A stretch of DNA of 64,000 nucleotides from an uncultured bacterium (GTDB lineage Bacteria; Auribacterota; Erginobacteria; Erginobacterales; Erginobacteraceae), in assembly GCA_964587835.1 (NCBI GenBank), contig CAZPMN010000001.1, forward strand, positions 88,968 through 152,967, read 5' to 3'. Below are positions 9,096 to 18,497 of the stretch, one piece after another. The notes under the pieces are model-generated. The model worked only from the letters and a program-made list of their open reading frames with translations. It was not told the origin of the DNA and did not search any database. The position numbers and the translations under genes are program-made. Each line of letters starts with the position of its first letter. Position 1 is the first letter of the stretch.

Positions 9096-10823
9096 ATGAA
9101 GCGTGAAGCCGTAATCGCTACTTGTCTGTTGATGCTGATGGCATTCCCGTTCGCTCTTTCCCCCGCGGGCTCGAACGGTCAGCTCACCCAGTGCGAATGG
9201 GCGATCGACCTCTCCCGGGCCCTGGGGCTGAAGGGGGGTCTCCCGGAGGATGCCGGATCGGATCGGATTATCTCCATCCTGAGCCAACGCGGTTTTCGGG
9301 AAATTGAAGGCGAAGATTATCGGGAAGCTGATGATGCACTTCGCAAGGTTGATGCTCCGTCTGACGTTGCCGCCAGTCAGCAGCAATGGGTGGAAGCAGG
9401 CAGCGAAGGAGGGGTGGCGCGTTACTACTTCGAAATTCCGCTTCAGCAGGAGATCATCCTTCGGGCGCGGGGGCAGGGAGCACCCCAGTTCTGGTCTATT
9501 GATACCAGTCAGTCAATATTACTAGACATCGGAGATGAGTTGGAATGGATGGAGGTGGGGAGATTCAATTTGGATCCAGGCGAACATAAAGTCGAGGTAT
9601 CCATTCCCTCGGGTGGAGTTCTTGATATTTTTGAGATCATCGCCCCCGGTCACTCCCCGATAGAGCCATTGGGGGGGTTCAGACCGTCAGACCCGCTGAC
9701 CTACGAGGACAAGGCGGTTACTATGGTCAGGGCCCTGAACCTGGAGAATGAGTTGCCCATCGATGATGGTTTTTTCCTAATCCGGGAATCGGAGCTCTAT
9801 GATCAGGTGGATGGGGAATATCAGGTCAGCAGCGGAGAGGAGTCCGGGAAGCCATCGCAGGGCAGATGGGTCAAACCATCGTCGGGGTCGCGAATCTATT
9901 TCAAGTTTGAAGTGCCCGAGGCTGGAATCTATTCGATATTCTCTCGTGGTTTTGGCCAGTTCGAGGAAGAATGGGTGTTAGATCGTGGGTCCGAGCGGGT
10001 GATTTTTCAACCCGAAGACCAAGATGAATTCGGCTGGAATCCAGTCTTTACGGTTTTCCTGGAAGCCGGTCCCCACACGCTGGAGATCAGGCCGGAAGGA
10101 GATAACGGCTTCGATGTTTTTCAGATACTCCGTCATCGGTCCCGGGGGGTTGATTATCTCCAGCTGCTCTCCGACCTGGGATTCCGGGAAGGAACGTTGC
10201 CCCCGTCACAAGGGGAAGTGGGCAGTGAGGGACGGCGCTACGCGTCTTACCGGGAGGTGGAAGCAGAAGATTATTTTGAGGCTGATGGCGAGCCGACCAA
10301 GGAGCGAAACGAGGAATACGGCGAGCCTTCAAACCGGGTTTGGATTAATCCAGGTGGGGAGCCGGTCCCGCTCCGGTACCGGTTGCAGGTAGAACGGGAG
10401 GGGACTTACGCGATATATATGCGGGGTTTCGGCTCTTCTCCGGTTACCTGGGCCATCGATCCGTCCGGAGAGAGTTACCGGGAACTGCGGGACGTCTTCC
10501 CTCGGGCCGCCGACGCTTTTGTCTGGCAGGAGGTGGTTACCCTGGATTTGGAAGCGGGAGAACATATCTTTGAAGTGACCTTGCCCCCAGACAGCGGGCT
10601 CGACCTCTTTGAGCTGCGCCGGCAGCCCTGGACCTTTTCCGATCTTGATCTGCTGGCCCGGAGAGAGGTGGACAGAGAGCAAGGGCAACGCAATATTGAA
10701 GAACTGGAGAAGAGGATAGCAGAACTGGGTAGGGGTGTTGAGCCGCCGGCAGGGGTCAGACTGGCGGCACCATCAGAAGAACCGGAGTATCCAATCCTCA
10801 GTCCCTATGTGCCCTGGGATTGA
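9096..10823 (+). CDS. Secreted protein with three ~115-aa CBM6/CBM35-like (galactose-binding-like) repeats; putative carbohydrate-binding/lectin-like protein
   Basis: AAGGAT SD 8 nt upstream. Signal peptide MKREAVIATCLLMLMAFPFALSPAGSNG. Three internal repeats each start E.EDY.EAD, with an ...AGIY/GTYAIY...RGFG... segment in repeats 2-3, and end ...LEAG.H..EV......G.D.FE (EGEDYREADD..., R2 from SELYDQVDGEYQV, EAEDYFEADGE...). Confidence 0.6.
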   Translation: MKREAVIATCLLMLMAFPFALSPAGSNGQLTQCEWAIDLSRALGLKGGLPEDAGSDRIISILSQRGFREIEGEDYREADDALRKVDAPSDVAASQQQWVEAGSEGGVARYYFEIPLQQEIILRARGQGAPQFWSIDTSQSILLDIGDELEWMEVGRFNLDPGEHKVEVSIPSGGVLDIFEIIAPGHSPIEPLGGFRPSDPLTYEDKAVTMVRALNLENELPIDDGFFLIRESELYDQVDGEYQVSSGEESGKPSQGRWVKPSSGSRIYFKFEVPEAGIYSIFSRGFGQFEEEWVLDRGSERVIFQPEDQDEFGWNPVFTVFLEAGPHTLEIRPEGDNGFDVFQILRHRSRGVDYLQLLSDLGFREGTLPPSQGEVGSEGRRYASYREVEAEDYFEADGEPTKERNEEYGEPSNRVWINPGGEPVPLRYRLQVEREGTYAIYMRGFGSSPVTWAIDPSGESYRELRDVFPRAADAFVWQEVVTLDLEAGEHIFEVTLPPDSGLDLFELRRQPWTFSDLDLLARREVDREQGQRNIEELEKRIAELGRGVEPPAGVRLAAPSEEPEYPILSPYVPWD

Positions 10824-10874
10824 TTACTCCCTGGTTACTTCCCTCCCTCGAGTTTAGTCTATTCTCAATTCAAA

Positions 10875-11047
10875 CTTGCCGGACCACCCGATGCCGGGTT
10901 GTAAGATTGTCGGGGGGGGCTCCGGTTTTTTCAATATCGGTAAAGGTGGCCGCCGGTTCTTTACCGCGACATAATTTAGACTGAATTATTCACTGATTTT
11001 CGGTCGACTTGATTTACACTAACCCGATTTATGAAATCGGGTTAGGC
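10875..11047. repeat. Copy 1 of a ~45-nt palindromic motif (TTGCCGGACCACC..GATTTACA(C/T)TAACCCGATTTATGAA(A/T)) upstream of the beta-barrel gene; split by a ~125-nt insertion relative to copy 2
   Basis: Direct sequence comparison with 12431..12490. The core TAACCCGATTT-atga-AATCGGGTTA is a near-perfect inverted repeat. Confidence 0.6.
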
Positions 11048-11062
11048 GGTTGAGGTTCAATA

Positions 11063-12199
11063 TTGAGGGGACAATTCCTGACAATTCAATTCATCGTTTT
11101 GGGAGCTTTGGTCTCCCTTCTTTCCGTCCCTACGGTTTGGGGCTGGGAAACCCTCCGATTTACTCCCACCCTGACTGTGACCGGAAACTACGATGACAAC
11201 ATCGAATTTGTGCCCCAGGATGAGATTGAGGATTTTTATGCCCAGATATCTCCGGGGATTGTGATGGATACGGAACTGCCGCCCTTTCCCCTCACCGCCA
11301 AGTATGTCTATACCAGGTATCAGTACCGCACCGAGTCGCAGTTTAACCGGAATTACCACTACCTCCTGCTGGCGGTTCCCGATGGTATCCGGATAACGCG
11401 CAACTTATCGGTGGTAATCTGGGATAGATACGAGACGGTTCCGGTGGACGTTACGCTTCCGGAAGACGACCCCTATAACCTCACCCAAAAAAACACCTTC
11501 ACTGTCGGCCCGGTCTGGGAAAGCCAGGTATCCCAGAGGATGGATCTGCGGGCCGGTTATGAATTTTCCCGGGTCGACTATACCTCCAGCGGATCGATAG
11601 GAGATGATTACTTCGGCCACCTGTTCTTTGAGCGTCTTGACTATGAACTCAGCCGCCGGGTGACCTGTTTTCAGCGCAACAGCTACGAGATGAAATATTT
11701 TGCCCAGGCGCCCGACTACACGCAATTTCTTCCCGAAGTCGGGGCTCGGATCGAAATCGGGGATCGCGTAGATCTGCTGGTTTCAGGAGGCTATTCCTTC
11801 GAGGAGATCGGTGACGAAGAGCAGGACGGCTACATTTACTCGATCAGAGGTAACTGGATGGTGACGGAAAGGATTGATCTGGGAGCGAGGTTCCGCCATC
11901 GCCGGACGATCGATATTAATGGCGACCCTTATGAAGAGCGGTCCGGCAATCTGTACCTCAAGTATCGCCCGGTCGAGAGGCTGACCATGCAAGCTTCCGG
12001 TGGATATTATGACTTTGATTATATTAACATCGACAGCAAGCGGGTCGATCTCAGGCTGGGATTGGTTTACGAGTTGAACCGTTGGAGTTCCCTCAACTGC
12101 GGCTACCGCCGGTATCAGAATGTGGATATGCCGTCCGAGGAAAGTGCGTTAGCCAACCGTTTCTATGCCGGGGTCAATATCTACTTCGGGACGCTCTAA
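11063..12199 (+). CDS. Putative outer-membrane beta-barrel protein (polysaccharide-locus associated)
   Basis: Signal peptide (LGALVSLLSVPTVWG). Alternating hydrophobic/aromatic beta-strand pattern throughout (LRAGYEFSRVDYT, LLVSGGYSFEEIG, YIYSIRGNWMVTERIDLGARFRHRR, LRLGLVYELNRWSSLNCGYRRYQN). C-terminus ...GVNIYFGTL. Sits immediately upstream of the Wza/Wzc export genes. Confidence 0.55.
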   Translation: MRGQFLTIQFIVLGALVSLLSVPTVWGWETLRFTPTLTVTGNYDDNIEFVPQDEIEDFYAQISPGIVMDTELPPFPLTAKYVYTRYQYRTESQFNRNYHYLLLAVPDGIRITRNLSVVIWDRYETVPVDVTLPEDDPYNLTQKNTFTVGPVWESQVSQRMDLRAGYEFSRVDYTSSGSIGDDYFGHLFFERLDYELSRRVTCFQRNSYEMKYFAQAPDYTQFLPEVGARIEIGDRVDLLVSGGYSFEEIGDEEQDGYIYSIRGNWMVTERIDLGARFRHRRTIDINGDPYEERSGNLYLKYRPVERLTMQASGGYYDFDYINIDSKRVDLRLGLVYELNRWSSLNCGYRRYQNVDMPSEESALANRFYAGVNIYFGTL

Positions 12200-12244
12200 C
12201 CTGAATTATTCACGAAAAATAATATTTTTCGTGAATAATTCAGG
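12200..12244 (+). terminator. Perfect 21-bp stem / 3-nt loop palindrome immediately after the stop of the beta-barrel gene (terminator or protein-binding palindrome)
   Basis: CCTGAATTATTCACGAAAAAT-aat-ATTTTTCGTGAATAATTCAGG; the two arms are exact reverse complements. CTGAATTATTCAC also occurs at 10981 upstream of the same gene. Confidence 0.55.
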
Positions 12245-12430
12245 TTGTGAATTGCCAGGCAACAAGTTAGGAATAGAGACACCTTAAGGTTGAAATTGCA
12301 CTCTGCTTTTTCGATTAACTCACCTCGATATTTCTTTTCCTTTCCCAAAGCCGGAAAAATTTACCAAATAACTTTGCAATAAATTATAAGCCAAGGTGTT
12401 ATGTACTTAAACCTTTTCTCCTTCTCATTA

Positions 12431-12490
12431 ATTGCCGGACCACCTGATTTACATTAACCCGATTTATGAATAAATTGGGCTAATGTAGTG
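12431..12490. repeat. Copy 2 (contiguous) of the same palindromic motif, about 580 nt upstream of the wza-like gene
   Basis: attgccggaccacctgatttacattaacccgatttatgaataaattgggctaatgta; 15/17 imperfect inverted repeat around a TGAA spacer. Confidence 0.6.
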
Positions 12491-12700
12491 TGTCAAAATT
12501 AATAAGGCTCAATCCGGATTTCTCAATAGATGAGAGAGAATTATCTATCGCCCCCTGCAGGGGCTCTGAGTCATTTTTTCTGATTCAGTATCACGGGCTG
12601 ACGAGGCTGCCCGACAAACCCAAAAATGTCATCGCGATCCGGCTTTAGACGGAGAAGCGATCTCAGATTGAAGATAGAACATGTTCCGCGCCAACAGGGT

Positions 12701-13022
12701 GAGATTGCTTCGTCGCTCCGCTCCTCGCAATGACCCGAAAATTGGCAAAAACGCTAATTGTCGGACAGCCTCTGACGCCCGTGGATAAGAATGTATCGCC
12801 CGCTGCGCGGGCTTCTATTAGTAATACCTGTGTGGAGTCAGGTTACTACTCTGGACATAGATCAGTTTGCATAACCTATGGTTTTAAGACAACAAGACGC
12901 AGAGAAGTCATTGCGAGACCCCCGAACGGAGTGAGGGGGGCGAAGCAATCTCAAGCTGTTTAGAAGCAAGCTATTCTGTTCACAAGTTGAGATTGCCTCG
13001 TCGCTTTGCTCCTCGCAATGAC
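12701..13022. repeat. Cluster of three copies of a ~34-nt REP-like palindromic unit (GAGATTGC(T/C)TCGTCGCT..GCTCCTCGCAATGAC), in + / inverted / + orientation; a fourth inverted-pair copy lies at 42279..42358
   Basis: Copies at 12701-12734, 12907-12952 (reverse orientation, GTCATTGCGAGA...GAAGCAATCTC) and 12989-13022. Copies 2 and 3 can form a long imperfect stem-loop. The ORF-track ORF 12730..12963 lies inside this region and is probably not coding. Confidence 0.65.
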
Positions 13023-13068
13023 TTATTTATGCAAGTTATCTCTGAGACGGCACACTGGATAATAGAGG

Positions 13069-14010
13069 ATGCATAGGATCCCTACTTTGCGAATAGGACT
13101 GACTTCGGTCCTACTCCTTCTCTCCGGCTGCGCCGCCCCGAAAGTTGAGACTCCCCGGGAAACACCTGATCCCGTGCCGGCGGCGGCCAGTCCGGCCCCG
13201 GAGGTTGCTTCCACCCCCCAGACCTGGTTTGGCGGAGAGAATGTTTATCGGGTTGGAGTGGGTGATGTTCTCAAGATAACTGTTTACGGAGAGCCCGACC
13301 TGTCGGGGAATTTTCGGATCTCCCCGGAAGGAACGATCTCCTGGTCCTGGGTGGGCGATGTCCGGGTGGCTGGTCGGACCGAGACCGAGATCCTGGAAGG
13401 ACTGAAGGGGATCCTGACCCGGGATTACATCCGTCGGCCTCGGGTCGACCTGACCGTGGCCGAGTATCAAAGTCAGGTGGTTTACTTTTTCGGCAATGTC
13501 CGCAATCCGGGGATCCGCCGCCTCGGGGATAACCGTTCGCTTCTGGCTAATTTTCTCCAGACCGGGGGGCCGAGGATCTGGGGCGAGAGTATGATCGGTA
13601 TTCTGCGGACAGATCCTGACTCCAAAACCCAGGACCAGATCTCGATCAGTCTCCAATCCCTGCTCAGCGGGGAGAGAGATATTCTGCTCCAGGACCAGGA
13701 TATTATAACCGTCTCGGTCTCGGAAACAGCTTCGAGCTTTGCCGGAGATAATCGGGTCTATGTCCTGGGGGCAGTGATGACTCCCGGGGCTTTCTCCTGG
13801 GTGGAGGGGATGACCGCACTGGATGCCCTCCTGGCGGCCGGCGGCCTGAGCGAATACGCATCCGGTAACAAGGTCCGCCTGGTCCGCGGGCAGGGGGATG
13901 AGAAAACGGAGACCAGGGTTTTCCTCAAGGATGTCCTGGAAGGGGAGAGGAATAAGAACATCAGCCTTCTGCCGGGAGATCTTCTGATAGTACCCGAATC
14001 CTGGTTTTAA
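13069..14010 (+). CDS. Polysaccharide export outer-membrane lipoprotein, Wza/OPX family (Poly_export + SLBB domains)
   Basis: Lipobox LLLLSGC. Poly_export signature YRVGVGDVLKITVYGEPDLSGNFRISPEGTISWSWVGDVRVAGRTETEILEGLKGIL...; SLBB-like C-terminal part. Confidence 0.85.
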   Translation: MHRIPTLRIGLTSVLLLLSGCAAPKVETPRETPDPVPAAASPAPEVASTPQTWFGGENVYRVGVGDVLKITVYGEPDLSGNFRISPEGTISWSWVGDVRVAGRTETEILEGLKGILTRDYIRRPRVDLTVAEYQSQVVYFFGNVRNPGIRRLGDNRSLLANFLQTGGPRIWGESMIGILRTDPDSKTQDQISISLQSLLSGERDILLQDQDIITVSVSETASSFAGDNRVYVLGAVMTPGAFSWVEGMTALDALLAAGGLSEYASGNKVRLVRGQGDEKTETRVFLKDVLEGERNKNISLLPGDLLIVPESWF

Positions 14011-14094
14011 GCCGCTGGTATTGGGAAAAATCGCCGACCGCTGGAAAGTGGAAAGAGGGCGGGACGGCGCTCTGGAATCGCTAGAAGAGAGATT

Positions 14095-15978
14095 ATGTCC
14101 ATCCGCGCATTAATCATTCCTTATTTGGATTACCTCAGGATCCTCTGGCGGAGGGCCTGGATCCTGGTTTTGATTACCGCTCTCACCATTGGGCTGAGCG
14201 CTTGGTATACCCTGCGGCAGGAACCGATCTACCAGGCCAGCTGTTTGATCCGTTACAAGAAACCGGATACCACCTCCCTTCTCGGGGGAAGGAATAATCC
14301 CTACTACCTGAATCCCTATTATGACAGTGTAAGTTTTGAGACCGAGAAGCACGTTATCACCAGCACGCTGGTTGCCGAAGGAGTGGTTGAATCCCTGGAC
14401 CTGGCCGATCGGGAGGATTCCGATCGGTGGAGAGTTTGGGTGCGCCGGGTTCAGTCCTCGATCAGTGTGGAACGGGTCAATGAAACCAGGATCTATCGGA
14501 TCGTGGCCCGCTCCCCCGACCCTGCCTTGGCCCAGAGCCTGGCCAACGCCACCGCCGAGGTCTATATCGACTCCAGTCTGCAGGAGAGACAGGAATCGGC
14601 GGATAAGGTACTGGCCATATTGAGCCGTCAGATTGAGGAGTTGAGGAAGAAGATCGAGCGCTCTGAAATGGCCAAGATCGAATATGTCGAGAAAAACCGG
14701 AACGTTCCGGGGTCAGCCGAAGGCGGCGAGAGACCGGATTTCTCGGGTGGCGGAGTGGCGCAGTCGGATTCTCTCCTGGAGGAACTCCGCGCCACCTTGG
14801 TCAGGCAGGAGATCCGGCGCCAGGAACTGCTGAGCAACTATCTGGAAAAGCATCCGAAAATTCTTGAAATCGATCGCCAGATCCAGGTGCTGAGAGAGAA
14901 GATTGAAGACGAAAACGAAAAGTTGATTCAGGCCCATAAAGCGGCGATTGAATACGGAATTTTGGAACAGGAGGCGGCGGCCGATCAGGACCAGTATCAG
15001 GTATTGATCAAGAAACTAAAGGATTTGAATATCACCGACAGTGGACTTGAGAGCGGGATATCCATTATCGAGAGAGCGGAACGCCCCGCTTCCCCCATCG
15101 CCCCCCAAAAAGGGCGTAATCTGGCCCTGAGTGCCTTATTCGGGCTCTTGCTTGGCGGCGGCGCTATCTTCCTGATCGAGTATTTCGATGCCACCCTGCA
15201 GACCCCGGAGGAAGTGGAGGGCTACATCGGTCTGTCGATCCTGGCGACTATCCCCCGAATGATCAACCTGAAGGGAGAGAGAGACCCCGCGCAGTATCCA
15301 TTTTTAATTGCCCGAAAAGATCCTTCCGGCCACGAGGCCGAGATGTTCAAACACCTGAGGACCAGCATCCGGATAAGTCACCCGGAATCAGAGCATCTTG
15401 CCCTTCTGGTGACCAGTAGCGGACCCAAGGAAGGGAAATCCGTCATCTCCTCCAATCTGGCCATCTCTACCGCCCAGGCCGGAATGAAGACAATCCTGGT
15501 TGATGCCGATCTGCGGCGACCGGTCCTGCACAAGGTATTTAAGACCGGGAATCAGGCTGGACTGGCCTCCTTCCTCACCGGCACCGCCGGCCGGGATGAG
15601 ATCATCCATCCCACCGCTATCCCTGGTCTGTCTTTGATCCCGTCCGGACCTATACCCGACAACCCTTCGGAATTGTTGGAATCACCTCGGTTGCTTGAGC
15701 TGATCAACCTTTTGAAACAGGATCATCCCCGGGTAATTTTCGACTCCCCCCCGGCCGGGTCCCTGACCGATGCCTCGATCATCGCCGGGCGGGTCGATGG
15801 TGCGATTTTGGTGATCTTTGCCGGTCAGTGGAATAAGAAATTCGTTCTTCAGACCAAGTCGCAGTTAGACAAGGCGGGAGCCAATATCTTTGGGGCGGTG
15901 CTCAATTACATCTCCCTCAAGATGAGGAGTTACTATTACTACTACCACGGGGTTTACAAGTACGGGTACAACTCCTGA
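14095..15978 (+). CDS. Polysaccharide co-polymerase / tyrosine autokinase (Wzc-like BY-kinase: Wzz domain + P-loop kinase + C-terminal Tyr cluster)
   Basis: N-terminal TM plus chain-length-determinant region and coiled coil. Walker A GPKEGKS, Walker A' ILVDADLRRP, Walker B VIFDSPP. C-terminal YYYYYHGVYKYGY tyrosine cluster. Confidence 0.85.
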   Translation: MSIRALIIPYLDYLRILWRRAWILVLITALTIGLSAWYTLRQEPIYQASCLIRYKKPDTTSLLGGRNNPYYLNPYYDSVSFETEKHVITSTLVAEGVVESLDLADREDSDRWRVWVRRVQSSISVERVNETRIYRIVARSPDPALAQSLANATAEVYIDSSLQERQESADKVLAILSRQIEELRKKIERSEMAKIEYVEKNRNVPGSAEGGERPDFSGGGVAQSDSLLEELRATLVRQEIRRQELLSNYLEKHPKILEIDRQIQVLREKIEDENEKLIQAHKAAIEYGILEQEAAADQDQYQVLIKKLKDLNITDSGLESGISIIERAERPASPIAPQKGRNLALSALFGLLLGGGAIFLIEYFDATLQTPEEVEGYIGLSILATIPRMINLKGERDPAQYPFLIARKDPSGHEAEMFKHLRTSIRISHPESEHLALLVTSSGPKEGKSVISSNLAISTAQAGMKTILVDADLRRPVLHKVFKTGNQAGLASFLTGTAGRDEIIHPTAIPGLSLIPSGPIPDNPSELLESPRLLELINLLKQDHPRVIFDSPPAGSLTDASIIAGRVDGAILVIFAGQWNKKFVLQTKSQLDKAGANIFGAVLNYISLKMRSYYYYYHGVYKYGYNS

Positions 15979-16082
15979 TCCGTCTCTTTGTCGCGGCCGT
16001 CTAGTTTTTATTCCGCCTTCAAGCCGCCTTCCAACTTCGGGCTAGTCTGCTTCCATCCCCCCTGACGGGGGGAAATCGGCGG

Positions 16083-18497
16083 TTGGTGGCCCGGGACTCA
16101 TACGGAGTTTGCTCCTTGAAGTCCTGCTTGATCAGTATCGCGGTCTTCCTGTTGCTCGGTTCTCTCACCGTACTCCACGGAGGGGTGACCTTAGATGGCG
16201 AAGTACTGGCTGCTGCCGGGGCGGTGGTCTTAACGATCGCGGTGCTTTTCGGCGGTTTAAGCACCGCCCTCCCGCTTTTGGATCGGAAGCTGCTTATCCC
16301 GCTCACCCTGATCCTGGGAGGAGTCCTGGTCACCTTGTTTTCACCCCTGCCGGCGGAGGGGAGAGTTGAATTGTCTCGGCTGGTGACCGGAGTCCTGCTC
16401 TTGGCAATGTTCCTTTTGCTCCGTCCGCCGGATTCCGCCCGCCTCCTGTTCTACATTCTGACACTCGTTCTGGGGGCAGGGCTGATCGTATACGGAATAG
16501 TGCAGCGGGAGGGGATAGGTCTTTCCCTCGAGCCGCTGACCGCCACCTACGTTAACCGTAATCACCTGGCCTCCCTCCTCGTCCTGATCGCTCTTCCCGC
16601 GTTCTCTTTCAGTATGTTCGGCGGCCGCCGGGCGGTAGCCTGGATCTCCCGGGCGGTTTTGCCGGTACTGGTGCTTGGAATTTTGCTGACCAAATCACGC
16701 GGGGGAATCCTGGGGCTGGGGGGAGGGGGTTTGGCGGTCGGCCTGTTGCATTATTTCCCGCTACGGCCCGATATGTCCGGCCGGAGGACAACCGTTCTGG
16801 CCATAACGCTATTCCTTCTCGTTATCCTGGGGCTCGCTGGTTTCTATGGCTGGTTTCAACTGTCGGAATTGTTGCCCATCCCGGCTCCTCATCCCGGTAC
16901 CCTCTCCATCCGCACCCGCCTGTCAATCTGGAGCAGCACCCTGGAGATGTTTCTCTCCCGACCGATTGCCGGCTGGGGATGGGGAACATTTCACCATATC
17001 TATCCTTCGTTCAAAGAAGCCGGGGTCTGGTACAGAGTTCCCCACGCCCATAACGAATTTCTTCAGCTTTTGGCCGAGGGGGGAGTGGTCGGATTCCTTC
17101 TGATACTTATCTCTCTGATTCTGACGCTGCGGGAATTGGGGGTAAAATATGCCGCCTCGCCCGGGAGCATTTCCGGTCTCCTGGCCCTGGGGGCGATCGG
17201 GTCTCTGGTCGGCGCCGTCATCACTGCCGGATTTGATTTTGTCTTCCGTCTCCCGGCTAATATCATCCTTCTGGCAGTCTTGGTTGGGCTCGGTCTGGCG
17301 GATCGAAAACAGCCGGGGAGGCCAAGGTCACGTCGCCTGATCGCCCCGGCAGCAGGTTTTCTTCTGATCGGCCTCCTGCTCGCCAGTATTTTCCTGCCCC
17401 TGTTGAGCTTGTACCGGTCGGAAGTCATCGCCCGGAAAGCCGAACGGAAGCTGGCCGGAGGGGAGATGGAAGAAGCGCACCGGCTATTCTCCCGGGCCCA
17501 CCAGTTGGATCCACCCTCCAATCGACCTCTGCTGGGCCGGGCGGCGGTGGGAATGGCGAGCTTTGAACGGAATCAGGATAAAGCCGGGCGGTACGCTTCG
17601 ATTCTTGAGGACTTCGCCGCGGCAATGAGGAATAACCCCTGGGATCCCCGCCCCCTCTGGCAATTGAGCCGCTTTCATCTCCGGCTCTCCGCGCCGGAGG
17701 AAGCCGCCCGGTATCTCGAGATGGCCCTGGCCCTTGATCCGTTCAACGCCTATCTATATTATGAACTGGCCGAAATTGAACTGGGGCAGGGCGATTATCC
17801 GTCGGCCGTTCGCCATCTCCGGCGGGCTTCCGCAATATACACGAGTATCTGGTCGTACTCGCTGAAGCTTGTCAGTAGTTATACTACAGACTACGAAATA
17901 TTGAGGGAACTCCCTCCTCCGGAAGATGAGTTCCACCGGAGTTTGGGATACTATCTGCTGAATCTGGGCAATCCGTCCGGAGCCGAGGAGGAGTTCGGAA
18001 AGGCGCTTTCCCTGGACTCCGAGGATCCGGAAAATTTCCGGGCCTGGGGGGTATTCCATACGCGAACCGGGAACCCGGCCGCGGCGGACGAATATTACCT
18101 GAAGGCTATCGGATTCGAGCCGGAGAATCATCACTGGTTGGTGGAGTGGGGAGATGTTCTTATGGAGCTCAATCGGCCCGAAGAAGCATTGGGGCTGTAT
18201 CTTCGGGCTTGCGATCTAGCTCCCGAGCGGAGAAAGTACTACCTCCACGCCGGGCGGGCGGTTTTGTCCTTCCAGGGACCGTTGAAAGCAGTCTCCTTCT
18301 GGAGAGGGGTCACAGAGAAGTTTCCGGATTGGTCCCGTCCCGCTTTCCTCCGGGCCGGGTTGCTGCTTGAACTCGGCCGGACCGGGGCGGCGGCGGATGA
18401 AATCGACCGGGCTCTGAAACTGGAACCCGGCAATCCGCAATACCTCAAACTCAAGGCTCGGCTGGCCCCGGCCGCCAGCGGTAATAACCTCCGGTGA
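16083..18497 (+). CDS. O-antigen ligase/Wzy_C-family membrane protein fused to C-terminal TPR repeats
   Basis: About 10 TM helices. Wzy_C signature LLTKSRGGILGLGGGGLAVGLL. C-terminal ~350 aa are TPR-rich (YYELAEIELGQGDYPSAVRHL, FRAWGVFHTRTGNPAAADEYYLKAIGFEP, etc.). Start codon uncertain. Confidence 0.7.
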   Translation: MVARDSYGVCSLKSCLISIAVFLLLGSLTVLHGGVTLDGEVLAAAGAVVLTIAVLFGGLSTALPLLDRKLLIPLTLILGGVLVTLFSPLPAEGRVELSRLVTGVLLLAMFLLLRPPDSARLLFYILTLVLGAGLIVYGIVQREGIGLSLEPLTATYVNRNHLASLLVLIALPAFSFSMFGGRRAVAWISRAVLPVLVLGILLTKSRGGILGLGGGGLAVGLLHYFPLRPDMSGRRTTVLAITLFLLVILGLAGFYGWFQLSELLPIPAPHPGTLSIRTRLSIWSSTLEMFLSRPIAGWGWGTFHHIYPSFKEAGVWYRVPHAHNEFLQLLAEGGVVGFLLILISLILTLRELGVKYAASPGSISGLLALGAIGSLVGAVITAGFDFVFRLPANIILLAVLVGLGLADRKQPGRPRSRRLIAPAAGFLLIGLLLASIFLPLLSLYRSEVIARKAERKLAGGEMEEAHRLFSRAHQLDPPSNRPLLGRAAVGMASFERNQDKAGRYASILEDFAAAMRNNPWDPRPLWQLSRFHLRLSAPEEAARYLEMALALDPFNAYLYYELAEIELGQGDYPSAVRHLRRASAIYTSIWSYSLKLVSSYTTDYEILRELPPPEDEFHRSLGYYLLNLGNPSGAEEEFGKALSLDSEDPENFRAWGVFHTRTGNPAAADEYYLKAIGFEPENHHWLVEWGDVLMELNRPEEALGLYLRACDLAPERRKYYLHAGRAVLSFQGPLKAVSFWRGVTEKFPDWSRPAFLRAGLLLELGRTGAAADEIDRALKLEPGNPQYLKLKARLAPAASGNNLR

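Noticed and set aside
12730-12963. 77-aa ORF in the 12.2-13.1 kb spacer
   Set aside because: Lies entirely within the REP-like repeat cluster. No RBS and low-complexity composition.
16059-16076. CCCCCC-tga-GGGGGG hairpin after the Wzc-like gene as a terminator
   Set aside because: No T-tract follows, and the next gene starts within a few nucleotides. Operon read-through is more likely.
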